A stretch of DNA of 64,000 nucleotides from an uncultured Fibrobacterota bacterium (lineage in GTDB: Bacteria; Fibrobacterota; Chitinivibrionia; Chitinivibrionales; FEN-1185): positions 96,001-160,000 of the forward strand of contig CAVWBU010000024.1 in NCBI GenBank assembly GCA_963753345.1. Direction: 5' to 3'. Below are positions 39,130 through 48,653 of the stretch, in pieces (the stretch's first letter is position 1; the number at the start of each line of letters is the position of its first letter). The notes beneath the pieces are model-generated. The model searched no databases. It saw only the letters and a list, made by a program, of their open reading frames with translations, and was not told the origin of the DNA. A program made the position numbers and the translations under genes.

Positions 39130-39270
39130 AAGCTGCGTGCAACGTTACACGCAGTAACGGCAACCCTGTTCCGCGCAGAATCGCACCCAGGAAAAAGAGC
39201 GGCTTTCCCAGCCGGGTTCAGGATGTTGTACAGGCAGGGCAACACCCGCCAAGATTTTGCGGATAGTCCC

Positions 39271-40983
39271 TTATTGGCGTTTTTCCCTTCCCGAACCCGC
39301 ACCCCTGTTTGGTGATACTTCCTGATGCGCCTGTTGCTGCTGTTGCCACTGAGATTGCGCCTGCGTTCGGACCGTTGATTCAATAGTTTCTCTGCGCTGC
39401 TGCTCCATCCGTGCTTCAGAGTTGAGTTCTTTCACCTGGTTTTGAAATTCCACGGTTGGCCGATACGCCTGGGGAACGGCTGCCTGTTGTCTGCTTGCAG
39501 GTGTTTGGGCCACCGATTGTTTCGGTTCCGGTTGCACGGGTTCCGCACGGGGAGCGGCCAGTGGAGCCGGTTGTGGCATTTTCGGAATTATTATCTCCTG
39601 CGGCGGTTTCCAGGATTGTGCTCTTTGCACATGCTGCTGGGCTTGGTGGGCTCTCATTGCCTGTACCGCCACTTCCCCTTTCAGGGCTGCCTGTTTCGAT
39701 TGATTGGTTTCTTTTTGCGCTTGTACATTGAGACGGGTCGTTTCCGTCTGCGCCGCTTGAGCGACCGCGCGTTGGTTTTTTGCGGCCTGCTCTGCGGCAT
39801 TCCGCTGACCGTTCTGCAGCGTTTCCCACGACTGAGGACTTGTATGCGGGGTAATTATTTTTCCAAAGCCTGATGAAGTCTTTGTAAACCGTTCCTTCAC
39901 CGCCGCCGGGCTTTCCGGTGCCGCCGCCGCAATGGCAGGCTTGTAGATCACCAACTTGTTTCCGCTTACTGCGGTGGCGCGAATCGACTCGCCCGGCCGA
40001 AGATGCTCTTCGGTGAGCGCAACCGGAGCAATGCGCGTCTTGGTTGCCTTCTCCACGGCCGCCACCGGCACCCCGACATTGACAAGATGATTGTTAACAA
40101 TAGAGAGACTCTTCCTTTCCGGCGCAGTCTTCGCGTAGATGCCCTCGGCATGGGACGACGGCACCACTTGGGCGAACAGGTGCCGGTCGTGAAAATGCTC
40201 CATTGGCACGAAGAAAAAATCGCCGAACGACAGTCCGAATTCGAAATCGTCCCCCACCAGGGTTTCTCCAAAGAAGAAACCCCGCCCTGGCACGAACCGT
40301 GAACGCGGCGGAAGCGGCGCCCACCCGCAATAATCGGGACCCGATCTCCAGACGACCCACGCGGGGCCCCATTCATTGTCCGGCAACCAAAGCCAGCCAT
40401 AGGGATCCCGGCGGAACCAGCGGCCATAATGAAATGGCGCCCATCCCCAGGTATAATTTGAAACCCAGGTCCATCCATAGTCTGTCCAAACCCAGCGCCC
40501 GTGATTGCAATAGGGCGCCCAATCTTCATCGATGGCCGTCGCATTGGGCTGCCAGCACCAATTCCCATCGACGTTGATCCAGGTTCCATAGGGGTACAGC
40601 GCCGAGTAGAAAAATGAAATATTCTGCTCATCAGGAGGCGGAGCCATTACCGGTGAAACCGCCGCGGGACCCAGCGGTGCAGCAGTCGATTCGGGATACG
40701 TGCTTGTGGAGTCGGCTTTCAACAGGGAATCGTTGGGCTGATCGTGTTTGAGTGCCTCAATAATCACTTTTGAGGGGACACCAAGGTCTTTGAGCGTCAC
40801 GATATCCGCTGATGTCAAGGCGAAAGGAGTGGCGGAATTTTCAATATATGCCTTTACCACCTCCTCATCGACCCCTGATTTTGCAAGGGCGATAAGATCG
40901 TCAGCAGTTCCTGCCGTCACCTTCGACAGAGCGAACGCCAGCAGTACGAACGGCACAATGCCGACACACCGATGTGAATACAT
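39271..40983 (-). CDS. Secreted DUF6600-like Trp-rich protein with Gln/Ala-rich disordered tail
   Basis: Signal peptide. FYSALYPYGTW...WAPYCNHGRWVWTDYGWTWVS...WGWAPFHYGRW...WGPAWVVW...GWAPLPP. Confidence 0.8.
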   Translation of the reverse strand: MYSHRCVGIVPFVLLAFALSKVTAGTADDLIALAKSGVDEEVVKAYIENSATPFALTSADIVTLKDLGVPSKVIIEALKHDQPNDSLLKADSTSTYPESTAAPLGPAAVSPVMAPPPDEQNISFFYSALYPYGTWINVDGNWCWQPNATAIDEDWAPYCNHGRWVWTDYGWTWVSNYTWGWAPFHYGRWFRRDPYGWLWLPDNEWGPAWVVWRSGPDYCGWAPLPPRSRFVPGRGFFFGETLVGDDFEFGLSFGDFFFVPMEHFHDRHLFAQVVPSSHAEGIYAKTAPERKSLSIVNNHLVNVGVPVAAVEKATKTRIAPVALTEEHLRPGESIRATAVSGNKLVIYKPAIAAAAPESPAAVKERFTKTSSGFGKIITPHTSPQSWETLQNGQRNAAEQAAKNQRAVAQAAQTETTRLNVQAQKETNQSKQAALKGEVAVQAMRAHQAQQHVQRAQSWKPPQEIIIPKMPQPAPLAAPRAEPVQPEPKQSVAQTPASRQQAAVPQAYRPTVEFQNQVKELNSEARMEQQRRETIESTVRTQAQSQWQQQQQAHQEVSPNRGAGSGREKRQ

Positions 40984-41265
40984 AAGATTCTCCTTAACAA
41001 AAGGTAATACGACGCGCTCTCGGTCACGACCTATTTTCCGGCAATTACGTGCAGGGAAACCGGCCCCATTCTTCTTCGTTTATTGAGGAAATCGCACAAG
41101 CCACGATTGCACCTGCAGAGCGGTTTGCGGCCGAACTCCTTTGATACGCATTCGTAATATATATGATTCTGCCGGTTCTATGCCCAATCCGAGGCGCTTT
41201 CCCTTTCCCGCAACGAAAGACGTTATGACTCCGGTTGCGCCACGCAAATCCCGCCGGCCCCCCGC

Positions 41266-41306
41266 AACAAAAAACCCCGTCTCTTTTGAGGCAGGGGCTT
41301 TTTTGC
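41266..41306. terminator. Bidirectional-type terminator downstream of pilin
   Basis: AAAAAACCCCGTCTC-tttt-GAGGCAGGGGCTTTTTT. Confidence 0.7.
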
Positions 41307-41326
41307 TTCAGGCTCTTCAACCGCGG

Positions 41327-41755
41327 CTATCGCCAACTGGGGCAGTATTTCTGCAAAATGGAAGTGCAGTATCTTGAATTTGTTTGATCGATGGTGCCAT
41401 AGTCGGAGGTCGTTGCATCTCCAAATGCGGTCTGCACAGTTGCCCGGGCCGTAAAAGAACTGGCGTTGGGACTAGTCATTGAATAGGTGAACCATCTGCT
41501 TGTGGAGGAAACATCAACATACGCGGAATCTTTCAGGGCCTGCAACGACGTTACGAAGCCGGAACCCTGGGCCTGATATGCCAACTGACCGCTGTAAATA
41601 CCTGACAACTGTGTCGGAAATTCAGACGCTTTGGCCTTCTGGGAGGCATCGATGAACTTTGGAATTGCAACTGCGGCAAGAATGCCGATGATAACAATCA
41701 CCACCATGAGTTCGACAAGCGTGAATCCCTTTGCCTTGAAAAGTAAGTATCTCAT
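41327..41755 (-). CDS. Type IV pilin (PilA/PilE-like)
   Basis: Prepilin cleavage motif KG/FTLVELMVVIVIIGILAAVAIPKF and a C-terminal Cys pair. Confidence 0.9.
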   Translation of the reverse strand: MRYLLFKAKGFTLVELMVVIVIIGILAAVAIPKFIDASQKAKASEFPTQLSGIYSGQLAYQAQGSGFVTSLQALKDSAYVDVSSTSRWFTYSMTSPNASSFTARATVQTAFGDATTSDYGTIDQTNSRYCTSILQKYCPSWR

Positions 41756-41884
41756 ACAAAGCCCTTCAGGGTAGCTTTCCTTTAACCGACTCACTGTCGC
41801 ATCTGCATGGTTAGGGAACCATGCAACATGAGGACCTCCCTTCATGAGCATCACGGCTCCGCTACAGTTCTAGAGTCCACCGTA

Positions 41885-41913
41885 AGTTTATATCGAATCC
41901 CTATTTTTGTCAA
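41885..41913 (-). promoter_or_regulatory. Sigma70-type promoter for the pilin gene
   Basis: Minus strand TTGACA-N17-TAAACT, which implies a 5' UTR of about 120 nt. Confidence 0.65.
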
Positions 41914-42064
41914 GATCATTATTCATGATATAATATAAGCCGGCAGATGTGTGCATCACACTCTGGGCCTTGAACCACACCAATCTGTTTCTCATCAACC
42001 CAGGCACACCTTCATTTTTTTCCATATAGTACATTGATTTACGGGAAGGCAAGATGCTTCGGCC

Positions 42065-42988
42065 CTACCGTTTTTCAATTTCCGACATCACCCGTTTGAA
42101 TGCATCGACCACGGCAGGGTCGAACTGCGTGCCGGAGCACCGCTCAAGCTCCAAAAGCGCTTCTTCGAAGCTTCGGCCCTTACGATAAGGGCGATCGCTC
42201 ACCATGGCATCGAAGGAATCGGCAACGGCCAAAATCCGCGCTCCAAGCGGCATTTCTTCTCCCGCTTTGCCTGACTTTTCGATAAAATGGCGGTGGTGAA
42301 AAAGAACTATTTTGATTGCATCCTTCAGAACGCCGCCTACGGACGCCAGTATCTTGGCGCTCTTTTCCGCATGCTGGCTCATGATGGTTTTTTCTTCGTC
42401 GGTCAAAGCCGCTGCTTTATTGATGATTTCCGACGATATTTCGATTTTGCCGATATCATGCAGAAGGCCTGCCACACGGATATTCTCCACTTCAGAAGCT
42501 GAAAGCTCCATGGCGCGGGCGATTTCCGCCGCGTACTCGGCGACCCGCACCGAATGTCCCTTGGTGTAGCGATCGGACGCATCAAGATATTTGGAAAGAA
42601 TCTCCACAACGCCGATATAGGCCCGTTTGAGGTCCGCGATCTTCTTCTGTTTCTGCTCGTAAAGCGTGCCGACCGTGTAGGCCGCAAGAATGAGAAAGCC
42701 CGCCCAGATCACGATGTTGGTGACCCCCTGCAACATCTGCGATTCTTCAAAATAGCCCCGAGGATTGAAAAAAATGAAAAAGGCGATGAGGGCGATAATA
42801 AAGAAGCTTGTCGAAAGCGCGTGTCGCCGGCCCAGAAAGTACCCGGAAATCAACACCGGCAGATAGTAAACGTTGAGAAACATCAGCTTCTGGTCGACAA
42901 AGTAGTTGATGGCCAGCAGTACCAGGGTAATGATCAGAATGAGGATCGTCTCAAAGTGTTGCAGCACCAAGCGTTTTATTGTGTCCAT
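42065..42988 (-). CDS. Membrane-bound HD-GYP-like phosphodiesterase (GYP motif absent)
   Basis: Four N-terminal TM helices. YTKGHSVRV, LLHDIGK, HH, ARILAVADSFDAM, RPYRK and GTQFDP. Confidence 0.85.
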   Translation of the reverse strand: MDTIKRLVLQHFETILILIITLVLLAINYFVDQKLMFLNVYYLPVLISGYFLGRRHALSTSFFIIALIAFFIFFNPRGYFEESQMLQGVTNIVIWAGFLILAAYTVGTLYEQKQKKIADLKRAYIGVVEILSKYLDASDRYTKGHSVRVAEYAAEIARAMELSASEVENIRVAGLLHDIGKIEISSEIINKAAALTDEEKTIMSQHAEKSAKILASVGGVLKDAIKIVLFHHRHFIEKSGKAGEEMPLGARILAVADSFDAMVSDRPYRKGRSFEEALLELERCSGTQFDPAVVDAFKRVMSEIEKR

Positions 42989-43165
42989 GAAGCGGGCTCC
43001 CGCACACGTTGAAGACGTTGCTGAAATCTTCAGGTTGATCTGAAATGTCCGGCGGCAGACAGGCCGACTTTCGGCGTTCCGTCCTTGTCAGACAATATAG
43101 ATTCGAACACCACCGGCGGCAAACACTCTCCTTGCATGCAAGGATTATTGAAGGTTCCACGCATC

Positions 43166-43909
43166 TCAAATAAATTTTTCGCGCCGCTGCAAGTTTCTTA
43201 TGCCCCACAAAATCGCCAGCACGCCTGCCGCTGCAAGCACGACGCGGTTGGCCCGAACAATTGAATCCCACACCAGTTCCCTGGAACCCTGAGGAACCGC
43301 ATACGGGTTCAAAAAAATATTCCATTGACTTCCGGCCAGAGATCCGCTCAGCAGCCAGGAGCCAAGTCCCGCAAGCACAAGCAGGATTGCCGCGCCGTAG
43401 CCGTTCCGCATGAGCGTGGAAAACAGGAACGCGAGCGAACCCCAGAAGAACACCGGAAAGCACAGATGGAAAGCCATGCCAAGAACCGGCAGGTGCACAT
43501 GCAACACAACGCATGCCCCGCACAGGCACAGAAGCACCGCGGCCGTCACAGCGAAACAGAGCAGCAACCGGAAGAGCCAGACCTTGTAGCGGTAGTCGGG
43601 AATCCCGAAAATCAATTCGAGCATCTGCGCGTCCGCATCATTCTGAACGCCGAACACGGCCGGATAGAATACCAGCAGCAATCCCGGCACCAGCAGCAGA
43701 TTGTACAACATCTCGGGATTGAGCTCCCTTCCCGCCGACAGATTGATCCCGACGACAACAACAAAGAAACCGATTGCGGCAAGCAGAAAATAGAAGAACC
43801 GTTGCACAAAAATGATTTTGAGGTTGTAGCCGGCAAGCCTGCACATGAGCACCGCTCCGGGAAGCAGTCCCCTGCACAGGCGCAGGAACGACTCGGGCAG
43901 TCTAGCCAT
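43166..43909 (-). CDS. ABC-2-type permease-like membrane protein (about 6 TM)
   Basis: Six hydrophobic segments. The NDADAQMLELIFGIP coupling-helix region resembles ABC-2 permeases. Start overlaps the RND-ABC stop. RBS GAGGT. Confidence 0.65.
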   Translation of the reverse strand: MARLPESFLRLCRGLLPGAVLMCRLAGYNLKIIFVQRFFYFLLAAIGFFVVVVGINLSAGRELNPEMLYNLLLVPGLLLVFYPAVFGVQNDADAQMLELIFGIPDYRYKVWLFRLLLCFAVTAAVLLCLCGACVVLHVHLPVLGMAFHLCFPVFFWGSLAFLFSTLMRNGYGAAILLVLAGLGSWLLSGSLAGSQWNIFLNPYAVPQGSRELVWDSIVRANRVVLAAAGVLAILWGIRNLQRREKFI

Positions 43910-46900
43910 CGTCGCGACCTCTTTCATCTGCATTCTTCAGATCCCGCGTAAGGCACAAATACGAATCCTCCAGCGTCGGCTGCGCCGGCTGCGCCTCCGG
44001 ATGCGGCTTTTCGGACGCAATGCACCGCACATGAATCCGGTCGCCGTCGCTTATATGGCGCACCACCGAGGTCCGGCGGGCAAGCGCATCATATTCCTTG
44101 TTGTCAATAGTCGCCTGCCACACGCGTCCGGCCGCGTGCCTGAGCATGCCCGCCGGCTCGCCCGCATAGCGCAATTCCCCCGCAATCAGCACCGCCATGC
44201 GGTTGCACGACGACGAAATGTCCTCGATGATGTGCGTGGAAAAAATCACCACCCGCTGGCGGCTCAACTCCACCAGCAGGTTGCGGAAACGGATTCGCTC
44301 GCTCGGATCGAGTCCGGCCGTCGGCTCATCGACGACAAGGATGCGGGGCAGATGCAGCATGATCTGCGCGATGCCGATGCGCTGCTTCATCCCGCCCGAA
44401 AACGACCCGATCTTCTCGTCGGCATGATCTTCCATATGCACCGCGGTCAGCACCGAAAGGATCCGCTCCCGCCGCGCCGCCGGATCGCGCAGCCCCTTGA
44501 TGATCGCCTGGTAGTCCATGAATTCCCGCGCCGTGAGATTCGGATACGTGCCGAATTCCTGCGGCAGATACCCGATGAGCCCCTGCAGCTCCTCGCGGTG
44601 AAGCGCGGTGTCGAGTCCGTTGATGTACACTTTCCCGTAGGTCTGCTCATAGATTCCCGCCACGATCCGCATCAGGGTGCTCTTGCCCGCGCCGTTGGGG
44701 CCGAGGAGCCCGAACATGCCGTGCTCGATCTGAAGACTGACCCCCTTGAGCGCATGAAAGGTTGACCTGCGGGCGCCCAGAACGGGCACCAACTTCACCA
44801 ATGCGATGAAAACGGCGGCAGGTTTTGCCCACGGTGTTTTCCACGTCCGCGGGTCTGCTCCGGGATTGCTTTCGAGCCAGCGCGACGTGCGGAAAACGGC
44901 AAGTCCCAGATACCACACAATCCCGGTAAGCAGAACGACCGAAACTCGTTTCCACGCGTACTGGAAGAAAACCAAATTCGCAAGCGGCGCACCCCAGAAT
45001 AGAGCTTCGTACACTTTGTCGTGCAGCCCAAAGACTGCCTTGTTTCCCGGCCGCGCAATATTCACGAACAGGCCGTGCCGCTTGAAAAGGAAGAGCGCAT
45101 AGCAGTACGTGACAAGCGCGAACGCACATTGCCAGAATCCGTTGTCCGCATACCAATAGACAAAATAGAGCAAAAATCCCATAAGCGGGATCTGCCAGAA
45201 AAGCGCTCCCCAATCACCTTTCGCAGCACCGTGGGCGATGCCCTGCACGGCGGCGCCCCACTCCCGCGCAAACCGCCCCGGCATATTGTAGATCTTCTGC
45301 ACATTGCGGATTTGTATGGTGGCGGGCCGCTGTTCCTGGCCGGACATGCGGGCCCTGCGCAGGCTCGAAAGCAGAAACCAGGTGGCGGCCGGGACCGCGA
45401 CGGTGAAGATGATGACATCGGCCAGGCGCCAGAGCGGATCGTCAACATAGACAAATACGAGCCACACGCACATGGCAAGGGCGCCGAGCTGGACAATGCG
45501 GATTGTCCACGAAAGCGACCGCAGGTACCCGAGCGCCGACTCCAACCCGGAGTAACAGGTTGGAATAAAGACCAGCGTAAGCAGCGACGCGGAAATGATG
45601 CCGCCGATCACGGTGAGCGCAAAGGGAGCGCCGATGGCGCCGATCTCGCCGCCTTTACCCAATGCAAGCGGCAGCATGCCGACCGCCGTGGTGATCGCGG
45701 TTATGAAAATCGGCCTCATGCGGTCCTGACCTGCGGTCATGAGAGCGCGCGCCGTGGAAAACCCGCGCCGGCGCAGCACGCGCGTAAAATCGATGAGGAT
45801 AATCCCATTGCCCACCACGACGCCGAACAGGATCAGGAAACCCATGAGCGAGTTTGCATTCAGCAAGGAGTGCCCGGTGAGAATCTGAAGCCAGAATGCG
45901 CCGATGGCCGCAAGAGGTATCGAGAACATCATTACCAGCGGGGCCGTAAACGATTCAAAAACCGATGCAAGGATCATGTAAATGAGCAGAAACGCGGCGG
46001 CGATAAGATAGTAAAAGTCGTTGATTCCGCTTTGCCCGTGCACCGGTTCCACGGCGATACCTGCCGGGAACGTCATGGCATCGATGGTGTTGTCAACCTC
46101 CTCGCGGGCGGCCTTGAGCAGCGATTGTGATGACGTAATTTCATCGGCGAAATGATAGGTGATGACGATGCGGTGCTCCTGGTTCGCCCGGTTGATGCTT
46201 GCGGGACCGTTGGCGCGGATAATCTTGCTGATCTCCTGAAGCGGGTAATCGGTTCCATTGGAAGCCGAAACCGGAACGTTGTTCAGTTCATCAAAAGTCT
46301 TGGCGTTGTTCGCGGTGGCGCCGCGGCCCGAAGCATTCCGGTTCTGAACCGACGCACCCTTTGACGTCACCATAATATCGTATTGGTCGGCGCCCTGCTT
46401 GAATTGCAGGCCCGAGGTGAGTTCCTGGGTAAATCCGGACAGTTCCGAAGCAACCGATTGAAGGCCTATGCCGTACTGCCGCATGAGCTGCGTGTCGAAG
46501 AACAAATGGACCTCGCCTTGACGGCCGGGAATATCAAGCTGCACCGACTGGACCGTGGAAACATTGTTGAGCTCGAACCTGATTTCGTCGGCCACGGCTT
46601 CCATCCGGTCGAAGTCATCACCCCGTACCACGACCGTTTCGTCCTGGCTGCCCACGCCCAACACCTGCTGCAGCCGGGCGTTGGCGTTCACCCCGTTGTT
46701 TCCCCGGTAGCGGGAACTCGATGTCGGCTGGGTGAATCCGACGCTTCCCAGCGGAAAGTTATCGAGCCTCTTTTGAATATCGGCCTTGATCTGCGATAAG
46801 GTGCGATGCCCGATATCGGAATAGTTCTTCTTGAGCTTGACCGTAAGCACCGCCTCGTCCTCGTACACCATGCTGAGCAGATTGTCTGTTTCGTCAAGGC

Positions 46901-48653
46901 CCTGCAGGCGTTTCTCAAGTTCGCGCACGGCAAAATCAGTTTTGTCAAGTGTTGCGCCGGTGGGCATGGTGAGGTAGACGCTGAATTGTTCCGTTGCCGC
47001 CTGCTCGACCGAGGCGCTGCCCTGCGAAAGGCAGACGCCGAGAGAGATGAGAAAAACCGCAAGCGCCCCGCAGATCGTGATTCCGGGATGGCGCAAGGCT
47101 GTTTTGAGCAGCACGCGGTAGATGCGGATTGCGGGCGTGCGCGAATCGACCCTCCGGAACGAAAAGGTGCTTTGCGGGGCCTTGCGCAAACGAAGAAGTA
47201 TTGCCATGGGGACCAGGAGAAACGCCGTAATCAACGAAATGACAAGCGTCGCGATCACCGAAATGCCCATATGTTTTCCGATCAGCCTGATCGTAAAATC
47301 GGACGCGAACAGGAATGGAATAAAAATCACAACGGTAGTGAGGGTCGAGGCGAACACCGAGCGCCATACCTCGGTAGTTCCCCGGGTCACCGCCCGTTCG
47401 GGATCGTTTTTGCGCGAGGCCAGCCGATAAATGTTCTCCATCACCACGACGCTGTTATCAACGAGCATGCCCACGGCGAGAGCCATGCCGACCAGGGTGA
47501 GGCTGTTGAGCGTAATGCCGAACACGTAGAAAAGGTTGAAGGCGCCCAGCACCGAGATCGGGATCGCCGCAGCAACAATCAATACCAGCCGGAGATTGCG
47601 CAAAAAGATCCACAGCACACCGACCGCCAGAAGACCGCCGACCAGGACCAGCAATGCAATCTGACGAAGGCTTTCTTCTATGGAATCGGCGGCATTGGAT
47701 TGGATCACGATCTGCACATTCTGCGGCGCCAGAGTTTTGTTCAGTTTCTTGATGACGGCCTGCGTCTGGTGCGAAAGATCGATCTGGTTTACCTGCGCAT
47801 CGCGCACAAGCTGCACGCTCACCGCCTCCTTGCCGTTGACGCGGCTCAGACTCGTGGGCTCCTTGAAACCGTAGAAGACATCGGCGATGTCCTTAAGAAG
47901 AACCTTGCCGTTCTTGTTGCTTACGCTGATGTTCTTCAAATCGTCGATGGTCCGGAATTCGGCATCAACGTCCACAAAGAAACGCTTGCCGCCGTCGTGC
48001 AGCGCACCCACGTATTGACGGGCATTGTTGTTCTGCTTGAGCAGGTTCTGAACGCGGGTCGGCGTTATGTTGTAGGCGCGGCAGATGTCATCGTTCATGA
48101 CTATCTCGACGCTTTTCGAACGCCCGCCGAAAACCTGCGCGCTCGCGACGCCGTCTATGTCCTGGAGCGCGGGCGCTATCTTCTGATCCACGATGTTGCG
48201 AATGCGGTCGGCCCCGCCCTCGCCGAGCACCTGCAAGGTCATGAACTGGTTGGCGGCCTGTTCGGTGTTTACTTTGTCCACTTCCACCGTGAACTGGGTG
48301 GGAAGCTGGCTTACCAGCGCGGTGACCCGCTGCTGCAGTTTGAGAAATTCATACTTGACGTTCACGTCCTTGTCGAAATACACGTAAATGGTGCCCCTGC
48401 GGGGTTCCGAATAAGAAAGCAGATTATCCACGCCTTCCAGCATTGCGGCCGCGCCCTCGAGCGGCATCACGCCGTTGCTTTCCATATACGACGGGTCCAC
48501 ATCGATGCGGCTCGTGATACGGATCAGCAGCATGGGCAGTTCGGTGTTGGGATACAGTTCCAGCGGCAGGTAACGAAACGATACTACTCCAAGCAGGCAG
48601 ATGCCGACAAAAAGCACGCTGATGAGGATTTTACGATTGAGAAGTTGTAGCAT
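43902..48653 (-). CDS. RND permease (AcrB/AcrD/AcrF family) fused to extra TM helices and an ABC ATPase domain (1583 aa)
   Basis: RND: [101 protein letters not shown]. One uninterrupted ORF. Confidence 0.9.
   Translation of the reverse strand: [1583 protein letters not shown]

Noticed and set aside
43130-43143. Perfect 14-bp palindrome CCTTGCATGCAAGG upstream of the HD-GYP-like gene
   Set aside because: Single occurrence with no second copy or cognate regulator identified, so there is too little support.
46806-48650. Long antisense ORFs (614 aa here; also 28998-30464, 55681-57168, 16982-18118)
   Set aside because: They lie opposite well-supported genes and show no motifs. They are explained by GC-rich codon bias.
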